NCBI RefSeq assembly: GCF_006345805.1
Contig: NC_043002.1
Coordinates: 69,936,001 to 70,000,000, forward strand
From: Octopus sinensis
Lineage: Eukaryota
Reading direction: 5' to 3'
DNA: 64,000 nt
A program made the translations under genes and the position numbers. Shown here in pieces: positions 26,431-37,517 of this stretch (position 1 is its first letter; each line of letters begins with the position of its first letter). A model generated the notes under the pieces. The model did not search any database and was not told the origin of the DNA. It saw only the letters and a program-made list of their open reading frames with translations.

Positions 26431-27904
26431 CTACATTCTCAGAGTGGTTGGTGTTAGAAAGGGCATCCAGCTGTAGAAATATTGCCAGATCAGATTGGAG
26501 CCTGGTGAAGCTGCTTGCTCTCCAGACCCCAGTCAAACCATCCAACCCATGCCAACATGGAAAAACGGATGTTAAACGATGGTGGTGGTGGTTGAGTTGG
26601 TGATGATGACGACATTGATGTTGATGATGTCAATGACGAATGATGATGATGATGGTGGTGGTGGTGGTGGTGGTGATGGTGGTGGTGGTTGAGTTGGTGA
26701 TGACGACAACATTGATGTTGATGATGTCAATGACGAATGATGATGATGATGATGATATTTTAGAGTACACATGGTAATGTTGTCCTAGATTATTATAAAA
26801 GATGAAATGGTCATTGCTAGAAATGTCTTTCACTCTAGGCCTGAAGTTAATTCCTTCTACTTCAGAAATGAGATATAACCACTGAAAATTTCATTAGCCT
26901 TGAATGCAGAAAGCAGTTTTATATACCAATCTATATTTTGTTGAGGAATGTCATGTTTGGAACTATTCTTTTGTTGAGGTGTGTCAAGTTTATTGAGGCA
27001 AATGTGATTTGTAGAAGCTGCCAGTTCTGCTTTTGAATAGATATTTAAAATCCTTAATGGAATAACCATGCACTTTAATATTGCATTTAAAGAGTTAAAC
27101 AATATTCACACACACACACACATATTCAATTGATATGAAGAGACTTATGTTAACAGGTCTGTAGGTGAACATAGCTAAGGCTGAGTACACAAACACACAC
27201 ACATGTATACACACACATGTATACACATACATGCATGCACATATACACACACACATGTATACACACGTGCATATGTACATACACACACATACACACACTC
27301 ACACAATATGAAGAGATTTGTGTCAACAGGTCTGTAAGTGAACATAGTCAAGGCTGAGTGCGGGCGCACACACACACACTCACACACACACAAAACAAAA
27401 CAGTAAATGCTTTTTCTTAAATTATTTACCAATCCCATTCATGTTTTCCGACCTCTCTCTCTTTCTCTCTCCCCCTCTCTCTTTCTTTCTCCCTCTCTCT
27501 CCCTTCCTCACACCCTTCTTCACATTTCCCTCCCTTTCCCTTCCTCTGCTTTTCTATCACCCATTTTTCTCTCTCTTATTAGTATACAATACTGCAATAT
27601 AAACAAACAGCTGTGTGTTGGTGACAAGTCATACTAGTAGTACTACTACTAGCACTGTTGCTGAATCCAAGAGAGCTGCGATCAAGGGCATTTCAAGCCA
27701 TACCATTCTGTCTTTTTCCTATGTGCAGGGTACCCAGGAACCATATTTCCTAACATGTCCTTTTCAGAGATGATGTGTGTGTGTGAAGGAATTAGTTTTA
27801 GAGATTTAGCTGCTATTTCTAGTTAGTTGAGTGACCACATAGAGGCTCCCAATGAGGGATATTCAGCATTGAATTAGATTCATTTTGTCTTACACCCAGT
27901 GTAT

Positions 27905-28130
27905 ATATGACCATCGCACATGGAAGAAGATACTGTGGAGTAAGTTTGTTGCATGTTGGTTTAGAGGTGCGTGTGAGAGGGTTTGCGGGTAGATCTACCT
28001 ATGGACTCTTGAAATGACTCTCAACTTCTTGGAGAAAGAAAATTTAAGAAGAGTCCTTAAGGTAATGGCAGAAACAGGTGAGAAAAGTTACAACTGGTTT
28101 TGATCAAGGAAGAATGGAAATGAATTTTAA
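27905..28130 (+). mobile_element. Very decayed HERO/R2-like (restriction-like endonuclease) LINE remnant
   Basis: Frame LEVRVRGFAGRSTYGLLK resembles the VEVGCRGFAG.S motif, followed by LRRVLKVMAETGEKSYNWF*. Short and disrupted. Confidence 0.4.
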
Positions 28131-30524
28131 AAGGCATAATTTATCTTACTGCCAACTGGTGTCTTTGACTGAACTGGTTACAACACCCAGAGTACTCTGG
28201 TACCCTGGCTCTGGGGTACCTTAACCATCCAGGATGATTGCAATGTAGACTGTAGAATGTCACAACTGAGGAGTATCGAGGAATCATTACCTGAATCTGG
28301 TCTGGCCTCCTTAGAATGTAAGGAGTTAAGGGCCAAAGCAGTTGGATGAGAGTATTTCTAGTAGGTTCTGAATTCAGAAATTGAACCACCACTGGGGTGG
28401 ACTTAGTCCTTTAACAATCTGGTGGTGGTGGTGGTGAGAGAGACCAATTAAATCAAGTAACAGTGAACTAATAAGATTGATTAAATCAACTATACCCCTC
28501 CGTCAAAATTCATGTTTTTGTATCTTGTTTTTATTTTCAGAAGTAATTAAGTTTCTTTTCTTTAAATAAAAATACTTTTTGTTCCCATTTTTTTCTTGTA
28601 TCACATCTCTTATCATATTTTAACATAAATGGGATTTTTTTTTTGTTACTGAGCCCTTCAGTTGCTGTTTGGAGAGGAAGGTGAAGTTGGGGTGGGGTAA
28701 AGTTCTGTCTTCCAGTCAGTTTCCTGAAATGAGGGTTTATTTTAGTGAATTTCTATTTGTTGATGAATTTTAAAGATATCTGGACAGTCACTTTTAGAAT
28801 GCCTTTGATCATTTGTCTATTTGGCCAGGGCTGACCTGTGGCTTAACTCCAACAACAGCAACAACATCAATAACACCCACAGTTAAAAATTAATCCTTTA
28901 ATTTAGCTATCTCATATTACTGGTTCTACTATTTGATAATTCTGTTCAGACTTTCTTTTAACTCTAGATAATCCTCATAAATGAATTATTGAAATTTGAA
29001 GATGATGAAGCATGTATGTGTGTGCGTGTGTGTGATGAGATATAATGGCATCAGTCTAATCTAATTGTTGCCAGTCAGTAGATAGTTCATTTAATTTGAT
29101 GTAATCATAATAACAATGTAAATTAGTGAACATTGGTACTGAAGGTTAAGATAAGATTGAGGAATATATTGGTCTACAAATTAGTTTCTAATTGTTAGGT
29201 TTTTATACATTTTTGTTGATAAAGCATGGCTGTGTGGTAAGAAGCTTGCTTCCCAACCACATGGTTCCAGGTTCAGTCCTACTTTTGAAATCAGGTTTGA
29301 ACCCATGCCCCAAAATCTAATTGTCCGGTGTCTTACCTATTCAGCCACTTCACATGCACATGTGTTGAGAATGTTCAATACATTCTCTGTAGAGATACCA
29401 ATAGATTAAGTGGTTTATAACAATATCTGAAAATCAAAGAGGCACTGGCACTGGGTGCCCTTCCTAGTGCCAACTACTCTACAAATGTTCTGGGTGCATT
29501 TTATCATAGTCTCAACAAACGGTTTGATCAGAGCTAGCAAGTTGGAGAGTTGCACGAGGCTCTAGTCTGATTTGGCATAGTTTCTAGGGCTGGATGCCCT
29601 TCTTAACACCAACTTCTTTACAGAGTGTGCTGGGTGCTTTTTTATGTGGCACTGCATGAATGCTCTTATGTGGCACCGGCACAAGACTCTTGCAGGTCAA
29701 TCCTCTTCACCAGGGGAAACAGCCTGAACATTTCTGCTGTGGAGGACAGGTCTTCTTGAGTACAATGAGATGCCAGGTATCTTGGTCGTTTGTCATCTTG
29801 TCTGAATGGTTCACCATCTTCAGTACTTCATGCCATATCTTCCTGGGTCTCCCTCTTCCTCGTGTTCTGTCTACTTATAGTGATCGGCTCTTCTGTTGAA
29901 GAAAATGATAATTACATTAAGGATAATGTTAATGATAACAGTGAAGATGGTAATGATGAAGATAACAATGATGATTATGAAGATGACGATACAAATCGTA
30001 AAGATGATAAATATGAATATAGGCTGTGTGGTTAGGTGCTTGCTTCCCAACCACATGGTCCCAGGTTCAGTCCCACTGTATGGCACCCTGAGCAAGTGTC
30101 TTCTACTATAGCCTTGGGCTGACCAAAGCCTTGTGAGTGGATTTGGTAGATGGAAACTGAAAGAAACCCATCACACACACACATACACACACACATGCAC
30201 ACATATATATGTATATGTTTGTGTTTGTCCCCCCCTACCACCATTGCTTGACAACTGATGTTAGTGTGTTTACGTCCCCATCTCTTAGCGGTTCGGCAAA
30301 CGACACCAATAGAATAAGTTCTTGGCTTACAAAGAATAAGTCCTGGGGTCAATTTGTTTGACTAAAGGCGGTGCTCCAGCATGGCTGCAGTCAAACAACC
30401 AAAAACCAAATAAAAGAAAGAATATGGTTGTTGATGTATTTTGGTTATATTCATATTTTTTACCCTCATAGTCTGCTTTGATTATGTTAACTCAATGTGT
30501 TGTCTGTTCTTATTCTGTCAACAG

Positions 30525-30645
30525 GGTCCTTTCAGCCTTCAAATGAGATGTTGTTGAAGTTTTATGCCTTCTACAAACAAGCAACAGAAGGTCATTGCAC
30601 AGCTCCGAAACCAAACTTTTGGGATGTGGTCAAGAAAGCCAAATG
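30525..30645 (+). CDS. ACBD5: ACBD5 coding exon, ACBP domain (G)[39 protein letters not shown](W)
   Basis: Acceptor tctgtcaacag|gg, donor tg|gtagct, phase 1 to 2. Translation has the ACBP hallmarks LKFYxxYKQATEG and KW, and resembles the ACBD4/5 type (SFQP.NEM.LKFY). Confidence 0.95.
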
Positions 30646-31155
30646 GTAGCTATTGACACTTTAAGTTATTTTTATTTGCTCTTGTCATTGTTCTTTGGTC
30701 ACAAGTTGGCTCTCATTAAGTGCACTTATGATCTAAGTCAGTACTTGGGGTAGTACTCAATACATCGTAGATAAAGTAATTGTAAAATTCTTTTTTTTTA
30801 TATATAGTACAAATGTCTTGTTTTCATAAGTTTTCAATTAAAATCTCCCACCAAACCTTAGTCACAATTTATGTTCCTAACACTAACTTAATGATAACTA
30901 AGTGATTTTACTAAATTCTTTGTTATATTTCAAATTAATTGAAAGAAACACAGAGCACCTCAAAATAAATATGATAATGAAAGGGTTAAAAAGGTGCAAG
31001 TGCAATACGTATTTGCCCACCCTCTTTTGTCATCCCTTTTTTCAATCCTTGCAGGCCCCTCCTAACACTGCTCTGTAGGACATCAGATGACGAGAGTCTA
31101 ATTGAATGAAAACTTCTTGTATTCATTGGTTTTGTTTCCATTTTCCTATTTACAG

Positions 31156-31228
31156 GGAAGCATGGAATAAACTTGGAAAGATGTCCAAGGAGGAAGCAAT
31201 GTCATGTTACGTGGATCAACTAAAAACA
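31156..31228 (+). CDS. ACBD5: ACBD5 coding exon, ACBP domain (W)EAWNKLGKMSKEEAMSCYVDQLKT
   Basis: Acceptor ttcctatttacag|g, donor aca|gtgagt, phase 2 to 0. Completes the KWEAW...MSKEEAM..YV ACBP motif in frame with the previous exon. Confidence 0.95.
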
Positions 31229-32379
31229 GTGAGTAAACAAGCTGTGTGTACATTTTTTTTTAATATTTTCATTCTTTAACCCTTTACCATTTAGATTACT
31301 CTGTTAAATGTGATGCTTATTTATTCACATTATTTTGAATTAATCATGTAGTATCTTGTAGCTTCAAGATTTCAATGAGGCAATTGTTTATTTTCAGAAT
31401 GATATTGTAAGGCAAGTGTAAAAGGCTACATCTGGCCAGGTTGATCATAAAATAGGTAGAATATTTGGGCTGAATACGGCCAGGTTAAATGGTAAAGGGT
31501 GAAATATTGATTTCTTTAATCATCTTTAAGTATGGAAATATCAAAACAAAACAAGTATTGTTGAGTAGTGCTTCTGGTCACTTTGTTTTGATTCTTGGTT
31601 GAAACCATTTCATTTATATTCAGCTGTTAATTCTTTTGGAAAAGAGATAAACATTACAATTCTAGCTCTATTTTTATCAACTCATAGATTTCAGGCTTAT
31701 GCAAGAATTTAGTTTTAAAACTAACATCACTCCTGAAAATATATTTCAGAGTATTTGAAGAAATGCAAGACCGCAAGGGTCATTTTCGGGTTGGGGTTTT
31801 TCATATTTTAATTTCTCTTTTGTCATTATTACATGTATTCTCTAACTCATGTGAATCGACGTATATTCCATTCCATTCTTTTATTGATGTGTATTCCATA
31901 TTGATGTATATTCCATAACCATTCCATTGCTTTGGGAATTCCAGAAGGCTGACATTTTGGCAAGGAAAGACTCAGTGTATTGTTTATTACATGGCCTAAA
32001 GAGTGAAGGCATATGGCTTAGTAGTTAGGGTGTTGCACTCACAATTGCACGATCATGGTTTCAATTCCCAGACTGAGCAGTGCATTGTTTTTCTGAGCAT
32101 TTCATGTTGCTCCAGTCCACTCAGCTGTAAACGAGTTACCCTGCAATGGTCTGGCATCCTGTTCATTTGGGAAATGTGATTTTGGTCATGTATTGAAACC
32201 AGGTAACTGGCCCTATGAGTCCTATGACTCAAGACAATAATGTCTAGATGATGATGATGATAATGATGCTGCCGAAGAGGAGGAGGACGACAAGGATGAT
32301 GAGGACAATGACGAGGAGGAGGAGATGGACATAGATTACATAATGAGCAAGAGGAAAGATGAAAGAGTCGAGAGTGTCT

Positions 32380-33780
32380 GAGTAGAGGTGATATGAATTT
32401 GTGTGATGGTTTGTCAGGATAAATGACTGGTTGGACAATCTGATAAGTGTTAAAGTGTTCTGATTGAAGTTGGGTTTGGGGGCTCAGAAATGGGTTCAGT
32501 GATTTTGGATTGGTTTTAAGTCAGTTAGAGGTACATGAAGGGGATAGAATGAGTTGAGGAGGAGAGCTGAGGATTGCAAAAGTTTCAGTTTCTACAAAAA
32601 CAGCGCCAGTGTGAGATGGGTTTGAGAGACTTGAGGAATTGTAAGTGATGTGATTACAGAGGCTGATGGCTTTGGAGAGGGACTAAGTGGGATAGATGCC
32701 CTCAGTGCAAGAAATAGTGTCAGAAAGTTGTTGATGGTTGGAGAAGCAGATGTATTTGGAAGTGTGAGGGGTGGAGGAGGGAGACTGAATGAAAGGTACT
32801 GGAAGATGTTAGCAACAAAGTCTTTTATGCTAATACCCAGAGGAGAGAAGTAAGTTGTAGGTAGAGTGGAAGCTCCTTACGTGCAGAAAGGCATCTTTCA
32901 GAATGAATATTTAATGTGAACTCTAGTCTGGACTGTAGACATGAACTTTAGATAGGAGTTAAAAGATTTTCACCTTGGAGAAAAATAAAATGTAGGATAT
33001 TTTTTCATATGATAGTGTCTCAAATAAGGCTTATATACTCTTTTACTTGTTTCAGTCATTTGACTGTGGCCATGTTGGAGCATCACCTTTAGTCGACCCC
33101 AGGACTTATTCTTTGTAAACCTAGTACTTAATCTATCGGTCCCTTTGCTGTAGTGTAAAGATCTAGAAAGAAGGGGGTTAAAAAGGGGTCCTAATTCAAA
33201 AGAAATTGATTGACAAGAAGCTTAGAAGACTGAATATCATAGACTAATAAAAAACAAGATGATGGGTGTGAGTTCCAGAGAGAAGCAGTTTGAAGAATGG
33301 AACTATTAGAATAAAAGGACTTGCAACTAACAGGTAGCTCGACTAAGAAGCAATGCACATGGGAAGAGAAGTGGGTGATGAGTAGACCATAGAGTTCATC
33401 AGTGCTATGACCATGGAAATAACTACAGAAAAGACAGAATGAAGACACATTTTGACACTGAACCAAAGATTCCAAACTAGTAGAAAGAAGAGCATTTGTA
33501 TGTTAATAGGAAGTGATATGAGGGATTGTGTTGGGCTGAGATGAGAAGGAAAAATTGTTCAGCAGGTCTAGTTCTAGTTTTCGGCATCTTTGGGAAATGC
33601 AAAGGTTGATGATGAAATGAGAGGTGACAGAAAACCCCTGTTGGGGACCTGGTCTCAATGCCTGCAGCAAAGTGAACTCCTCTAAAGGCATGTATATGCC
33701 AGGTGGGGTAGTGTGTTAAACTGGGTAACATGGTGTAACTAGGGGTGGGGTGGGGGAGAAAGGGACTGGGGTGTGACACT
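32380..33780 (-). mobile_element. Decayed CR1/Jockey-group LINE remnant with internal deletions and a SINE-tail insertion
   Basis: ORF 33191-33475 ...SFYSNSSILQTASLWNSHPSSCFLLVYDIQSSKLLVN resembles the C-terminal SFFPRT..LWN.LP...F...Y....FK..VN motif. Purine-rich upstream part. Confidence 0.55.
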
Positions 33781-34389
33781 TACCTATATATGACAAAAGG
33801 ACATCAGACAAATGAGGTTAGAGAATCCAAGAGTTAAACAATGCGGGATGTTTAATTAGCTGCTAAATAGGTTGTGAAGCCTAACATTTTTTGAAAAACA
33901 AAAGTATTGAGGACAATAGTAGAGGGAGAAGGTGAAGAAGAGAGAGAAGGCGAGAGAGAGAGAGAGAGAGAAAGCAGGAACGGGAGTGAGCAGGTAGTGT
34001 CAGTTACTGTTTAAACTGCCTGATAAAACAGCATAACAAATACAATGAATGGAAGTTTAAAAACATATTTTGAAGGACCACTTTGCCTAAGGCTTCACAG
34101 CAATATGACCTGTCTCTTGAGGAAAATGTTTGTGAGTAATGATGTTATTTCATTGAGAGAATAATTTGCAGCAGACAAGCACAGTGACATGGTTGTCTCG
34201 CATTCTGCTGCAGTGTGGATTATGTTGTGTTATTTTGATTTATATCTGTCTATATTAACATGTTCAGTTTAAAAGCTTTCCAGTTGGTGTTTATTTTATG
34301 AATGTTTCTGTGTTTGATAAATTTATATGAATACGTGTGTGTGTATACATATATGTGTGTGTGTATGTATATATGTATGTACATGTATG

Positions 34390-34424
<35 letters not shown>

Positions 34425-35107
34425 ATTCTTGGTCTAGTTCTCTGTCAGAACAAAGAGTGTTCCGGTTGATTCAACCTCATGAGAGTAAACATAGATGTAG
34501 GAGTGGCTGTGTGGTAAGTAGCTTGCTTACCAACCACATGGTTCTGGGTTCAGTTCCACTATGTGGCACCTTGGGCAAGTGTCTTCTACTATAGCCTCGG
34601 GCCGACCAAAGCCTTGTGAGTGGATTTGCTAGACAGAAACTGAAAGAAGCTCGTCGTATATATGTATATGTATGTATGTGTGTATATGTTTGTGTGTCTG
34701 TGTTTGTTCTCTCAACATTGCTTGACAACTGATGCTGGTGTGTTTACGTCCCCATAACTTAGCGATACAGCAAAGGGACCGACAGAATGAGTACTAGGCT
34801 TACAAAGAATAAGTCCTGGGGTCGACTAAAGGAAGTGCTCCAGCATGGCCACAGTCAAATGACTGAAACAAGTAAAAAAGTATATAAGTGGCTGAGCATT
34901 CCACAGATTCAGTGTGACACAGAATGTGCAAGACCGGCCCTTTCAATCACAGATACAATTCATTTTCGCCGGCCGAGTGGCTTACTGGTTAAGTTATTTG
35001 GCTCACACTCATAAGGTCTTGAGTTCGATTCCTGGCGGAACATTGTGTCCTTCAACAAGACACTCTATCTCTCACTGTATGTATATGTGTGTGAGTATAT
35101 ATATATT

Positions 35108-35148
<41 letters not shown>

Positions 35149-35152
<4 letters not shown>

Positions 35153-35490
35153 ATTATATAAAATCTGTTCTGTCTGTCTGTGAGTGTGTTTTCTAGGATC
35201 TCGGGCATCCTCCATCCGATTGCGCTCAAATTTGATATGTAGATACCGACGGTATCGGGGCATGTATAAGTCTTGAAAAAATTACAAAAATCAATTCTAG
35301 GTGAGAATGCGATTGATAAAGCCGTGGGAATGTGCATTTGTACGCACAAATACATCAGCTGTTGCAATCGATACTATGTGTGCACAAGAAAAATGCACGT
35401 GCAGTTTGCGCAAAAAATGCCAGCTGGCTTGATATAATGTCACAAAATAGGACAGTCGAACAAGTTGTTTTGAGAAAATTTGGTTTAAAT
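35149..35490 (+). mobile_element. Helitron-like 5' fragment, CpG-rich
   Basis: tctattatataaaatctgttctgtctgtctg start, near-identical to the Helitron start at 6868, followed by ccgattgcgctcaaatttg. 3' end not found. Confidence 0.55.
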
Positions 35491-35614
35491 GTTTGACAAC
35501 TCAGCACCATCCATTGAACGGGTGGGGGTGGGGGTGGGGGGCGTTGTGCTTGTCTGGGTATATATATATATACATTACATTAAGTAATATATGTGTGTGT
35601 GATATGCATGCACA

Positions 35615-35658
<44 letters not shown>

Positions 35659-36342
35659 GTGTGTATATATTTATATGTGTATGTATGTGTGTATATATGT
35701 ATATATATATATAATATATATATATATATATAGATATACACACACACACCTGCGTACACATACACACCTACATACACACATGCACATGTACACAGAGAGA
35801 CATATACATAGTTATGACATTTATGAGCAAGACATCCTCCCTGACCCATCTACAGAGATAGTAGTTTTGATTAAGAACTGCTTTAGACTCTGATGACCTG
35901 TTCAACCTGTATGGAAAAGCTGACATAAACTGATGATGATGATGATGATGATGATGGTGATGGCAGTAGCAGCAGTAGTGGTGGTGGTATTGATGATACA
36001 TATGAGAAGTGACAAACAATCACTGTTCTCTCCATTTCACTCACAAGGCTTTGGTTGGTCTGAGTCTATAGTAAAAGACACTTTGCTCAAGGTACGGCAC
36101 GATTGGACTGAACCTAAGACCACATGGTTAGAAAGCAAATTCTGTAACCACATAGCTATATCTTCATCCCATGCCTAGATGATTGCTTGTTGTAAGTTTA
36201 TACATGTTTACAGGGTCGCCTAATATATCTGTATCTTATATTAACATTCCCAAAGTCTGTTTCATTTTTTTTTGTATTAAAAAGATTGCTTGCCAACCTT
36301 GTGTTTCAGGTTCAGTCACACTGCATTGCACCTTAGGCGAGT

Positions 36343-37086
36343 GTCTTCTCCAGTGTGACCAAATGTTTTTCTCAGTGTGACCAGATGTCTTTCCCAGGGT
36401 GACCAGATGTTTTACCCAGGGTGACCAAATGTTTTCTCCAGGGGAACCAGATGTCTTTCCCAGGGTGACCAACTGTCTTCCCCAGGGTGACTAGATGTCT
36501 TCCCCAGGGTGACAAGATGTCTTTCCCAGGGTGACCAAATGTCATCCCCAGGTGACCTGATATCTTCTCCAGGGTGACCAGACATCTTTCCTAGGTTGAC
36601 CAGATGTCTTCTCCAGGGTGACCAGATGTCTTCCCCAGGTGACCAGATGACTTCCCCAGGGTGACCAAATGTCTTCTCCAGGGTAACCAAATGTCTTCTC
36701 CAGGGTAACCAAATGTCTTCTCCAGGATGACCAGACGTCTTCCCCAGAGTGACCAGATGTCTTCACCAGGGTAACCAGATGTCTTCTCTAGGGTGACCAA
36801 ATGTCTTCTCCAGGGTGACCAGATGTCTTCCCCAGGGTGACCAGCTGTCTGCCCCAGGATGACCAAATGTTTTCCCCAGGATGACCAAATGTCTTCTCCA
36901 GGGTGACCAGATGTCTTACCCAGGGTGACCAGATGTCTTCCCCAGGGTGACCAGCTGTCTGCCCCAGGGTGGCCAAATGTCTTCCCCAGGGTGACCAACT
37001 GTCTATCCCAGTGTGACCAAATGTCTTCCCCAGTGTGACCAAATATCTTTCCCAGGGTGACCAAATGTCATCCCCAGGGTGACAAA
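36343..37086. repeat. 22-bp minisatellite (about 34 units, atgtcttccccagggtgaccag) inside a family A SINE
   Basis: The period is visible directly (for example 36801 and 36823) and as a 22-aa periodicity in the minus-strand ORFs. SINE head sequence lies at 36285-36350 and resumes at 37085-37310. Confidence 0.95.
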
Positions 37087-37333
37087 AGCCTAGTTAATAG
37101 ATTTGGTAGATATAAACTGAAAGAATTCCCCTGTATGTGTTTGTGTCTCCACCTTTATTGCTTAACAACAGGTGTTAGTTTGACTGTGTCCCCCTAACTT
37201 AGTGCCCCATAAGTACTGGGGTGTTGATTTGATTGACTAAATCTCTTCAAGGCAGTTCCCTTGCATGACTGCTCTCCAATGACTGAATTAAGTAAATAAG
37301 GATAAAAGACTGGTTTTCCTTTAAATGTTGCAG

Positions 37334-37517
37334 ATTGTTGAGGCCATGCCACAGACTCAGTTAGTTGCTGAATTTGTTGAGAAACTCGGCAATTTTTATG
37401 AATTGGTTGATGACAAAGCTATTGGTGAGAAATCTGAAGAAAATGTTCGAAAGCTGAATGGAGATGTGGCAAATGGTGATGTCTTCAAGTCAGAGCCAAT
37501 TGCATTAACAAATAAAG
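37334..37517 (+). CDS. ACBD5: ACBD5 coding exon IVEAMPQTQLVAEFVEKLGNFYELVDDK...PIALTNK
   Basis: Acceptor ttgcag|att, donor aaag|gtaat, phase 0 to 1. The I.E.MP.....G.FYE.V.DK segment follows the ACBP domain in ACBD5 proteins. The 3' boundary is less certain because of an alternative donor after 37424. Confidence 0.88.

Noticed and set aside
29790-30035. Asp/Asn-rich ORF with a hydrophobic N-terminus just upstream of the ACBP exon
   Set aside because: Made of (GAT/AAT)n microsatellite running into a SINE head; no coherent splice phase with exon 30525.
36236-37064. Long overlapping minus-strand ORFs (up to 157 aa) with 22-aa periodicity
   Set aside because: By-product of a 22-bp unit that lacks stops on that strand. 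There are no splice or homology signals.
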